Origin: Octopus sinensis
Lineage: Eukaryota
Direction of reading: 5' to 3'
Assembly: GCF_006345805.1 (NCBI RefSeq)
Contig: NW_021833483.1
Coordinates: 1-28,529 of the forward strand
DNA: 28,529 nucleotides
Of the stretch, positions 1-9,103 are shown one piece after another (position 1 is the stretch's first letter; the number at the start of each line of letters is the position of its first letter). The notes beneath the pieces were generated by a model. The model worked only from the letters and a program-made list of their open reading frames with translations. It ran no database searches and was not told where the DNA came from. The position numbers and the translations under genes are program-made.

Positions 1-365
1 ACACACACAGCTCGAGTGCCCATCAGCTCAAAAGGTCCCTGAATAAGGGTTGTTTAAGGATGTTGAACGAAGCACCCGTGTTTCCAGAGGTGAATTATTC
101 AAACCCCAAAGAATCCCTCTCAGCACATGGCTATGATGCTCCCCCACTAGTTCTGCTGGTGATCAGAGATGCACATATCGTCAGCCACTAAGGGACATGC
201 TCAACTGGTTAAGGTCAAACAACTGACAAGCAAATCTGTGGTATTGAGCAGAATATTTGCTGTAGGCCATCTTTTATACCAAGACAAAACAACGTACATG
301 ATAACACTTCCAGTCAGTTAAGATCAGAAGCCATGAGAGCCACTGCCTGGTACTGCATCAGGGCA
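1..365. mobile_element. Unclassified interspersed repeat fragment abutting a TAT/TA-rich tract
   Basis: Block GGGACATGCTCAACTGGTTAAGGT...AAGCAAATCTGTG...GAGCAGAATAT...TATACCAAGACAAA (about 192-290) recurs with a small deletion at 9693-9779; ends at GGGCATTTATTATT. Confidence 0.6.
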
Positions 366-455
366 TTTATTATTTATTATATTTTTATATTATGTGTATA
401 TATATTATATAGTATATATATATATATATTATGTTGTATATATATATATATATAA
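366..455. repeat. (TA)n-rich microsatellite
   Basis: Direct reading. Confidence 0.9.
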
Positions 456-466
456 TTTCAAACAAT

Positions 467-1149
467 TTTGTGAGTTGAATTATGCAAACACTATATATGA
501 GAGAGATTTTCTTTAAGTATTAGAAATAGCCTTAAAAAGTTTTTTAGCTGCTATTTCTATGAGTTCAGTATGCGGCAAAGTATTTATTTTACTAAGCCCT
601 TTTATATATGTAATAATTTGAATTCGCCTTGAATGGTCCCCTTTGCATACTGAACACTTGGTGAAATTGATTAATATTAATTAATTTTGCCCTCAATTGT
701 TGAAATTATAATTAATCTCCCTCTGATTAATACTTCGGATTTTACCGAATAAGCATAGAGTTTGATGATTTTAACCCACGCTGGTGGAAAGGGGAGAACA
801 GAGATTCTTCGCTTGCTTATTTTGAATTTGTTGGCCTGTTAGTTGGGAGCAGATCTTCGAAAAGGTATGTTCTTATTTCAGTGTTTCCAAATCCAAACCA
901 AGGAATTTCCGAGCCGATGATAGAAATGTTGTTTTGACTAATCTTGAAACGTACGTTCTCGAATAACCTTAGCATTTGATTTTTCGATGTCCTTACCCCC
1001 AAAAAACTTTGTTGAGTTGAATTTCAAACACTATATATGAGAGAGATTTTCTTAAGTATTAGAAATAGCCTTAAAAAAGTTTTTTAGCTGCTATTTCTAA
1101 TGAGTTCAGTATGCGGCAAAGTAATTTATTTTACTAAGCCCTTTTATAT
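467..1149 (-). mobile_element. Element with about 142-bp direct terminal repeats (467-608 and 1008-1149), possibly a Penelope-like remnant
   Basis: The two repeats align almost base for base. The internal minus-strand peptide (817-1002, ...FKISQNNISIIGSEIPWF...RTYLFEDLLPT...) loosely resembles the C-terminal end of Penelope GIY-YIG endonucleases (inference). The same family recurs at 26091-26310. Confidence 0.5.
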
Positions 1150-1164
1150 AATATATATATATAT

Positions 1165-1195
<31 letters not shown>

Positions 1196-1435
1196 ATTGA
1201 GAGAGAGAGAGAGAGAGAGTGAGTGTGTGAGAGAGAAATAGATGGATAGATAGGCTGGTAGATAGATAGATAGATAGATATGGATGGATGGATGGATGGA
1301 TAGATAGATAGATAGATAAATAGATAGATTCGGATAGATAGATAAATAGATGGATAAGATAGACAGACAGATTGATAGATAGATAGATAGATAGATAGAC
1401 AGACAGATAGATAAACAAATAGATGGATAGATAGG

Positions 1436-1466
<31 letters not shown>

Positions 1467-1530
1467 GTAGACAGACAGATAGATAGATGAACAGATAGAT
1501 GGATAGATAATTATACAGATAGATAGATTG
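1150..1530. repeat. Compound microsatellite (TA)n-(GA)n-(GATA/GATG/GACA)n
   Basis: Direct reading; explains ORF 1134..1418. Confidence 0.95.
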
Positions 1531-2054
1531 AAAGTTGTTTACGCGAGCGAACAGAGCGAGTTATGAAAAGCGACGTTTGTTTGCCTTCGTCCGAAATTGT
1601 CTTTTCACTACGACAACCACTGACTTCTACCATTACAGCTTCCTCTCAGATCCACTTCTTGGTGTGGCGGACATATTTCCGGGTTCAACTTCTTAATCTG
1701 ATACTTACATTGTTTATATTCGCTTGCCTTTGTTGTTGTTGCTGTTGTTGTTGTTATGATTCTTGTTACTATCTCATCATTGTATCGTTTACGCTTTGCA
1801 AAATGTGGTGACGTCATTGAGAGAGAGAGGAGTGATAGAACACTTGACTGATTTACATGCGGGCTCACACGTACCCCTCTGCGCGGTCCTCCCATTTCGC
1901 TGTGTTTGTTTTGTGTGTGTTATACAACGAAGGTGATGTAGGAATTCACGCCGGCCCCGCAGAAACCGTGATACGTGTTTAACTGCTTTCCCATCCCGTT
2001 CTGCCAGATTCTCTACGATGTCAGCAATGGATGTATGCAACAACAGTCGACATA

Positions 2055-2216
2055 GGCGCAGGAGTGGCCGTGTGGTAAGCAGCTTGCTAACCAACCACAT
2101 GGTTCCGGGTTCAGTCCCACTGCGTGGCACCTTGGGTAAGTGTCTTCTACTGTAGCCCCGGGCCGACCAAAGCCTTGTGAGTGGATTTGGTAGACGGAAA
2201 CTGAAAGAAGCCCATC

Positions 2217-2277
<61 letters not shown>

Positions 2278-2673
2278 GGCTGTGTGGTAAGTAGCTTGCT
2301 TACCAACCACATGGTTCCGGGTTCAGTCCCACTGCGTGGCACCTTGGGTAAGTGTCTTCTGCTATAGCCCCGGGCCGACCAATGCCTTGTGAGTGGATTT
2401 GGGAGACGGAAACTGAAAGAAGCCTGTCGTATATATGTATATATATATATATATGTATGTGTGTTTGTGTGTCTGTGTTTGTCCCCCTAGCATTGCTTGG
2501 TAACCGATGCTGGTGTGTTTACGTCCCCGTTGCTTAGCGGTTCGGCAAAAGAGACCGATAGAATAAGTACTGGGCTTACAAAGAATAAGTCCTGGGGTCG
2601 ATTTGCTCGACTAAAGGCGGTGCTCCAGCATGGCCACAGTCAAACGACTGAAACAAGTAAAAGAGTAAAGAGT
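2055..2673 (+). mobile_element. SINE family A: head-(TA)n-second head-(TA/TG)n-tail
   Basis: Head GGCGCAGGAGTGGCCGTGTGGTAAG (A-box-like) and GGTTCAGTCCC (B-box-like), then CCTTGGGTAAGTGTCTT; second head from 2278; tail ending ACTGAAACAAGTAAAAGAGTAAAGAGTA. Many homologous copies in the window. Confidence 0.9.
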
Positions 2674-2694
2674 ATACAAATATTCTTTTATCGT

Positions 2695-2797
2695 CACCAT
2701 AACAACAACAGCAATAATATTAATAATAATAATATTAATAATAATTTTATTAATAATAATAATATTAATAACTATTATTGATGATAATAATAATAAT

Positions 2798-2834
<37 letters not shown>

Positions 2835-2845
2835 GTAATAATTTA
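2695..2845. repeat. (AAT)n microsatellite
   Basis: Direct reading. Confidence 0.95.
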
Positions 2846-3262
2846 TTCTTTTTATTGGCCACAAGGGCTGACACACATGATTAGAAAACATAAAGGGACA
2901 AAACAGGACGAAAGGTTACAAAGGGTTTTGTCCGTTTGTGAAAAAATCGTGTAAAAACAGTGTAACAATCAAATAATATAACAACGAAAAACTCCCAATA
3001 GGGGGAGGCGTTACGAAGGGTTCCTGGTGGAAAAACCCATAAAAGCCAACGGGAGCCTGGTCAAAAGGGGGGTAGAGAGCCCCTTTCTCCTTTTATAATA
3101 CCTTTTTCAATCACAGGCGAAACCTGAGAATTGGTCCATTTATACTGGCCTTTCTTGCACAATTCACCCACCTTTCAGAAAACTTGCTATCGGACAGCAC
3201 TCTCCTCTCTAACCTCATCTTCCTTTTCAAGTGAAATTTGTAAAATTTGATGAGGCAGAGCG
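2841..3262 (-). mobile_element. 5'-truncated L1/Tx1-like LINE 3' end (ORF2 C-terminus plus 3' UTR)
   Basis: Minus peptide LIKFYKFHLKRKMRLERRVLSDSKFSERWVNCARKA resembles the L1/Tx1 ORF2 C-terminus (by recognition). Two AATAAA signals on the minus strand (plus 2851-2856 and 2842-2847) run into an AT-rich tail. Confidence 0.55.
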
Positions 3263-3431
3263 ATTGTATACTGTCAACTTGACGTGACAGTCCCATAGAG
3301 GGAATTATTCCACCGCTATTTAGCCCCTGTCAAGGCCGACAGGAAGCGTTGATGCTTCCTAGGGCTAAATAGCGGTGGTGTAATTCCCTCTATGGGACTG
3401 TCACGTTGAATTGACAGTATACAACCGCTCT
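3257..3431. repeat. Inverted repeat, 70-bp arms with a 35-bp structured spacer
   Basis: 3257-3326 is the reverse complement of 3362-3431 with 6 mismatches. Confidence 0.9.
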
Positions 3432-3469
3432 ATCGTTCCACCACTGCTTATATCTCTCTGAGATATTTA

Positions 3470-3832
3470 GAAATTTAATATTTCTAATAATGATAATAAT
3501 GTTATTAATAATAATATTAATAATATTATAAATAATAATATTATTATTAATAATAATGATAACGTTTTTATTATTAATAATAATAATAATAATAATATTG
3601 ATAATAATAATATTGTCAATAATAATATTATTAATAATAATATTAATAATATCATTAATAATTATATTATCAATAATAATATTAACATTATTAATAATAA
3701 TATTAATAATTATTTTATTAATAATAATATTATAATATTAATATTATTAATAATAATATTAATTTTTTTAATAATAATAATATTAATATTATTATTATTA
3801 TTATTATTATCATTATTATTATTATTATTATT
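3470..3832. repeat. Degenerate (AAT)n/(TTA)n microsatellite
   Basis: Direct reading. Confidence 0.95.
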
Positions 3833-4728
3833 CAGTAGTCTTATTTTTATCACATGCTTTCACTTCACTACCGAGCGCAGCTTTGTGGACTTTGCGTATG
3901 TGCTGTGGTTTTTTGTGATGCTCTTATTTTCATTGTATTGAAAGTGTTTTTCGCTGCCGAGTGCTGCTATTTTTTGTATCTTATATATAATTGTTAGTCC
4001 AGGTGATTTTGTTATATATTTGTGTGAATGGTTTTTTTTATCATACCTAATTCGCCTGCTATGATTTAAGCACTACATCCGAGTTACCTCTATTTCCAGA
4101 TCTTAGTATTTTGAAAGCTTCTTCATTTCTTTTAGAAAAAAAAACATCATCTGTTCGTATTGATACATCGATTAGAATGCATATTTTTTCTTGGTAATTT
4201 CTGATCACTATGTCCTGCCTACGAGCCTTACTTTCGCTCTGCGTATATTGACATATACCAGAACATGGTTGCTTTCTCTATTTCTCTGACCTTTTCTGGC
4301 GTATACCTATACTATCTTTTTACTGTTGTTATTCTATAGCAGTGCTTTTCAAACTTTTTGCTGGAGCGGAACCCCAAGGAAACATTCCACTGGCTCAAGG
4401 AACCCCTGTGCAATAATTTAATAGTCTTATGCACACATATCTGCACAGGAGAATTAAAAATTACTGCCGATTTTAGCAGTTTTGTAACTTCTTGCGGAAC
4501 CCCTGGACTGTACTGGCGGAACCCCAAGGAAACATTCCACTGGCTCGAGGAACCCCTGTGCAATAATTTAATAGTCTTATGCACACATATCTGCACAGGA
4601 GACTTAAAAATTACTGCCGATTTTAGCAGTTTTGTAACTTCTTGCGGAACCCCTGGACTGTACTGGCGGAACCCTAAGGTTCTGCGGAACCCTGGTTGAA
4701 AACCACTGATATATATAATATATATATA

Positions 4729-4762
<34 letters not shown>

Positions 4763-4985
4763 CAGTGTTTCAAACTTTTTGCTGGAGCGGAACCCCAGGA
4801 AACATTCCGCTGGCTCGAGGAACCCTGTGCAATAATTTAATAGTCTTATGCACACATAAAAATTACTGCCGATTTTAGCAGTTTTGTAACTTCTTGCGGA
4901 ACCCCTGGACTGTAGTGGCGGAACCCTAAGGTTCTGCGGAACCCTGGTTGAAAACCACTGTTCTATAGTGTTGGCGTAGCTTGAA
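3833..4985 (-). mobile_element. Decayed RLE-type non-LTR retrotransposon (Dong/R4-like) 3' end, interrupted by hAT MITEs
   Basis: After removing 4340-4960 and one TSD the minus strand reads KLRQHYRITTVKR*YRYTPEKV...QDIVIRNYQEKICILIDVSI...KLSKY*DLEIEVTRM*, the PD..D restriction-like endonuclease region with stops; the 3' end runs into (TAA)n. Confidence 0.8.
4340..4960 (+). mobile_element. Non-autonomous hAT (Charlie-like) MITE composite: copy 1 at 4340-4708, (AT)n at 4709-4762, copy 2 at 4763-4960
   Basis: TIRs CAGTGCTTTTCAA / TTGAAAACCACTG; perfect 8-bp TSD TTCTATAG at 4332-4339 and 4961-4968; repeated subterminal GCGGAACCC motifs. An 8-bp TSD with CAG termini is characteristic of hAT elements. 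Confidence 0.9.
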
Positions 4986-5135
4986 GCGTATTTGTTGCCT
5001 TGCTGCCCGACATAGCTGTCCGTTTTGTGCTCTGTACACGGGATGTGTTACAGCATTCTGAAGCATTTGCACTCAAATGCCTGGATACTTCACTTCACGT
5101 CAGCTATAAGAGTCTGGCCCTTGCACCATTGCTGA
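4986..5135 (-). mobile_element. RTE-clade LINE fragment (RT C-terminal region), decayed
   Basis: Minus translation QTLIADVK*SIQAFECKCFRML*HIPCTEHKTDSYV matches the RTE-type IQAFE.KC.R.LL.I.YTEHKTN motif. Confidence 0.65.
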
Positions 5136-5164
5136 AGGATTGACGTCACCAGGATCTTGTACAC

Positions 5165-5265
5165 AAAGACTCGGGCCCTGCGTACGAGATGTGCAATAGC
5201 CTTTTCATGCACTTGTGCACAAACGCCTGCATCCTTCGATCCATGCCAGCATTCGCAACAAAACT
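5165..5265 (-). mobile_element. Second RTE-clade LINE fragment covering the same motif
   Basis: Minus translation DRRMQAFVHKCMKRLLHISY (in ORF 5146..5427). Confidence 0.6.
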
Positions 5266-5272
5266 GACTCCT

Positions 5273-5470
5273 GTTCTATATTGAAGAGATGAGGAATTAT
5301 GTACATTATTTACATTTGACGGATATTTGTCCTCATCTTGTTTGTTGTCAACACAACGTTTCGGCTGGTATACCCTCCAGCCTTCATCAGGTGTCTTGGG
5401 GGGAAATTTCGAACGCCATATGCCCACGGGTTACTAACCCCAAGATTCTGAGTTCGATTCCAGGCAGTGA

Positions 5471-5523
<53 letters not shown>

Positions 5524-5555
5524 GAAAATACCTTAGGAATGAAAGCCTAGGTTCG
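5273..5555. mobile_element. Rearranged short element with tRNA-like head, (AAT)n and a Penelope-type hammerhead-bearing tail
   Basis: B-box GTTCGATTCC at 5452-5461 (+); (AAT)n 5475-5521; perfect 15-bp inverted repeat 5400-5414 / 5541-5555; hammerhead core on the minus strand at 5350-5395. Confidence 0.6.
5350..5395 (-). ncRNA. Minimal type-I hammerhead ribozyme motif
   Basis: Minus strand GACAC-CTGATGA-A-GGCTGG-agggtata-CCAGCC-GAAAC-GTT-GTGTT: stem I GACAC/GTGTT, intact CUGAUGA and GAAAC cores, 6-bp stem II, loopless AC/GU stem III, GUU cleavage triplet. Confidence 0.7.
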
Positions 5556-5990
5556 AAATTTCCCCGTCGCATATATATATATATATATATCATCATCGTC
5601 CTCATCTTCATTGTCATCATCATCACCAGCATCAACACTCATCAATATCGTCATCATAATCATCATCATCAGCAGCAGCATCCTGGTCGTCTTTATCATC
5701 ACCAACACTACCACCACCACTACCACCACGACCATCATCATCATTCTCATCATCATCATCATTTTCATCATCAGCATCATCAACATCCATTATCATTTCA
5801 TCATAATCAGCAGCATCGTCTTCCTCACCATCACCACCACCACCACCACTACTACTATCATCAGCATCATTATCCCCATCATCATCATCATCACCACAAC
5901 CAACATCATCATCATCATCATCATCAATCACCACTCTCATCAACATCGTGATCGTCATCATTAACATTATCACGATTACTATTACACTTA
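5556..5990. repeat. (AT)n then degenerate (CAT)n/(CAC)n microsatellite
   Basis: Direct reading; explains the poly-His, poly-Ile and poly-Asp ORFs. Confidence 0.9.
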
Positions 5991-7165
5991 ACACCACCAC
6001 CACCACTTCACCTACCACTACCCAAACCATCACTACCACCACTCCACCATATCGACCACCATCAGCAGTTTTATCACTTCAAACACCAAAACCATCGCCA
6101 CTAGAAGACCCACCACCACCACCACCACCACTTCACCTACCACTACCCAAACCACCACCACTTTACCTATCACTACCCAAACCACCACCACCACTTCACC
6201 TATCACTACCCAAACCACCACCACCACCACTTCACCTACCACTACCCAAACCACCACCACCACCACTACCCAAACCACCACCACTTCACCTATCACTACC
6301 CAAACCACCACCACCACTTCACCTACCACTACCCAAACCACCACCACCACCACCACTACCCAAACCACCACCACTTCACCTATCACTACCCAAAACCACC
6401 ACCACTACTTCACCTACCACTACCCAAACCACCATCACCACCACTTCACCTACCACTACCCAAACCATCACCACCACCACTACCCAAACCACCACCACTT
6501 CACCTATCACTACCCAAAACCACCCCACCACCACTCACCTACACTACCCAAACCACCACCACTTCACCTACCACTACCCAAACCCCACACCACTTCACCT
6601 ATCACTACCCCAAACCAACCACCACTTCACCATCACTACCAACCCAAACCACCACCACTACTTCACCTACCACTACCCAAACCACCATCACCACCACTTC
6701 ACCTACCACTACCCAAACCATCACCACCACCACTACCCAAACCACCACCACTTCACCTATCACTACCCAAACCACCACCACCACTTCACCTACCACTACC
6801 CAAACCACCACCACCACCACTTCACCTACCACTACCCAAACCATCACCACCACCACTCCACCATATCCACCATCATCAGCAATTTCATCACTTCAAACAC
6901 CAAAACCATCGCCACTAAAAGACCCACCACCACCACCACCACCACCACTTCACCTACCACTATCCAAACCACCACCACCACCACTTCACCTACCACTACC
7001 CAAACCACCACCACCACCACTTCACCTACCACTACCCAAACCATCACCACCACCACTCCACCATATCCACCACCATCAGCAGTTTCATCACTTCAAACAC
7101 CAAAACCATCGCCACTAAAAGACCCACCACCACCACCCAAGCTCGACCATCGCCACCACTAAATC
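5990..7165. repeat. C/A-rich minisatellite, unit about 30-36 bp (CCAAACCACCACCACCACTTCACCTACCACTAC) with three copies of a 71-bp interrupting block
   Basis: Unit read directly; block ACTCCACCATATC...AAGACCC at 6041-6111, 6855-6925 and 7055-7125. Confidence 0.9.
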
Positions 7166-7440
7166 CACCACCCTCCCCCCAGTCTTCCGCACGATATCCG
7201 GTGTGTTATGTATTCTTACGATTTGCTGACGAATTCTATTTTCTTTTGTAAGACGCGGTCTTCCGAGAGAAAAAAAAATAGGAAAAATTTCATAAAATAT
7301 AAAAATTTATTTAAAAAATTTGTTAATGATATAAAAATTATGAAAATATATTTTTAATTATAAAAATCATCATTATGGTTATTGTTGTTGTTTTTCTTTT
7401 TCTATAATTAATGATTTTTTTTATTATTGTCTACGAGAAT

Positions 7441-7645
7441 GGTGTCGGTGAGCTGGCAGAATCGTTAGCACACCAGCAAAATGTTTAGGGGTATTTTGTC
7501 TGCCTTTACGTTCTGAGTTCAAATTCCGCTGAAGTCGACTTTGCATTTCATCCTTTCGGGAGTCAATACATTAAGTACCAGTGAAACACTGGTGTCTATA
7601 TGATCGACTTAATCCCCTCCCTCAAGCTGGCCTTGTGGCAAAACT
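7441..7645 (+). mobile_element. SINE family B, older diverged monomer
   Basis: GAGCTGGCAGAATCGTTAGCAC head, GAGTTCAAATTCC B-box, central GC(C/A)TTTCATCCTTTCGGG...AAGTACCAG block (resembles the Meta/MESC SINE domain, by recognition). Confidence 0.8.
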
Positions 7646-7681
7646 TATTATTATTATTATTATTATTATCATCATCATCAA

Positions 7682-8225
7682 GGCGGCGAGCTTGCAGAAA
7701 CGTTAGCACGCCGGGTGAAATGCGTAGCAGTATTTCGTCTGTCTTTACGTTCTGAGTTCAAATTCCGCCGAGGTTGACTTTGCCTTTCATCCTTTCGGTC
7801 TCGATTAAATAAGTATCAGTTACGCACTGGGGCCGATGTAATCGACTTAATCCGTGTGTCTGTCCTTGTTTGGCCCCTTGTGGGTAGTAAAGAAATAGGT
7901 ATTTCACCTGTCTTTGCGTTCTGTGTTTAAATTCCGCCGAGGTCGGCTTTGCCTTTCATCCTTTCTGAGTCGATAAAATAAGTACCAGTCAAACACTGGG
8001 GTTGATCTAACAGACTTACCTCCGCCCCTAAAATTGCTGGCCTTGTGCAAAAATTTAAAACCAACATTTCGTCCGTCGCTACGTTCTGAGTTCAAATACT
8101 GCCGGTGTCGATTTTGTCTTTCATCCTTTCCTGGTCGAATAAAATAAGTACTAGTTATACACTGGGGTCGATATAATCGACTTTTCCCTCCCCAAAATTG
8201 CTGGCCTTGTGCCAAAATTCGAAAT
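7682..8225 (+). mobile_element. SINE family B, head plus three body units of increasing divergence
   Basis: Head at 7682; junction AAAGAAATAGGTATTTC at about 7889-7905; further units at about 7898 and 8064. Confidence 0.8.
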
Positions 8226-8277
8226 TATTATTGTAATTATTTTTTTCAATAATTAATATTGTTTAATTACTTAGTAG

Positions 8278-8501
8278 AATGATGTCGGTGACTTGGCCGA
8301 ATCGTTAGGATGTCGGACAAAGTGCTTAGTATCTCATCAGGTTTTAACATTCTGTGTTCGAATTCTGCCGTGGTTAACTTAGCCATTCATCTCTTTCGAG
8401 GTCAATGAGATAAGTACCATTTGAGTACCGGGGGTAAGGAAATCGATTAGCCCCCTTCCCTTCTCACAGTTATAAGCCTTGTGCTTTTAATAGAAGAAAT
8501 A
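8278..8501 (+). mobile_element. SINE family B, old diverged copy (host of the next insertion)
   Basis: Degenerate head, GTTCGAATTC B-box and CATTCATCTCTTTCGAGGTCAATGAGATAAGTACC block. Confidence 0.6.
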
Positions 8502-9103
8502 TATTTCTTTACTACCCACAAGGGGCTAAACATAGAGGGGACAAACAAGGACAGACAAAGGGATTAAGTCAATTACATCGACCCCAGTGCGTAACTGGTA
8601 CTTTATTTATCGATCCCGAAAGGATGAAAGGCAAAGTCAACCTCGGCGGAATTTGAACTCAGAACGTAACGACAGACGAAATACCTATTTCTTTACTACC
8701 CACAAGGGGCTAAACATAGAGGGGACAAACAAGGACAGACAACGGGATTAAGTCAATTACATCGACCCCAGTGCGTAACTGGTACTTTATTTATCGACCC
8801 CGAAAGGATGAAAGGCAAAGTCAACCTCGGCGGAATTTGAACTCGGAACGTAACGACAGACGAAATACCTATTTCTTTACTACCCACAAGGGGCTAAACA
8901 TAGAGGGGACAAACAAGGACAGACAAAGGGATTAAGTCAATTACATCGACCCCAGTGCGTAACTGGTACTTTATTTATCGACCCCGAAAGGATGAAAGGC
9001 AAAGTCAACCTCGGCGGAATTTGAACTCGGAACGTAACGACAGACGAGATACGGCTGCGCATTTCGCCCGGCGTGCTAACGTTTCTGCCAGCTCGCCGCC
9101 CTC
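8502..9103 (-). mobile_element. SINE family B trimer (head plus 3 x 184-bp units) with 16-bp TSD
   Basis: Units start at 8502, 8686 and 8870; head ends at 9100; TSD TTTAATAGAAGAAATA at 8486-8501 and 9104-9119. Confidence 0.92.

Noticed and set aside
1090-1130. Hammerhead in the direct-repeat family (CTAATGAG...GGCAAAGTA)
   Set aside because: Both core boxes deviate (CUAAUGA, no GAAA) and I could not build stem II.
1809-1816. CRE palindrome TGACGTCA (also 5141-5148)
   Set aside because: An 8-mer can readily occur by chance in 28 kb, and one copy lies among LINE fragments.
3100-3500. Endogenous parvovirus gene near the Y-shaped hairpin
   Set aside because: The flanks are a LINE 3' end and an AAT microsatellite; no NS1/Rep or capsid motif is visible.
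5948-7162. 404-aa Pro/Thr/His-rich ORF as a real extensin- or mucin-like gene
   Set aside because: No ATG start; the near absence of G on + prevents stops in all frames; the ORF switches among three repeat frames via 1-bp indels.
8502-8685. Ribozyme inside the SINE-B unit to explain multimers
   Set aside because: No CUGANGA core on either strand; only short hairpins are present.
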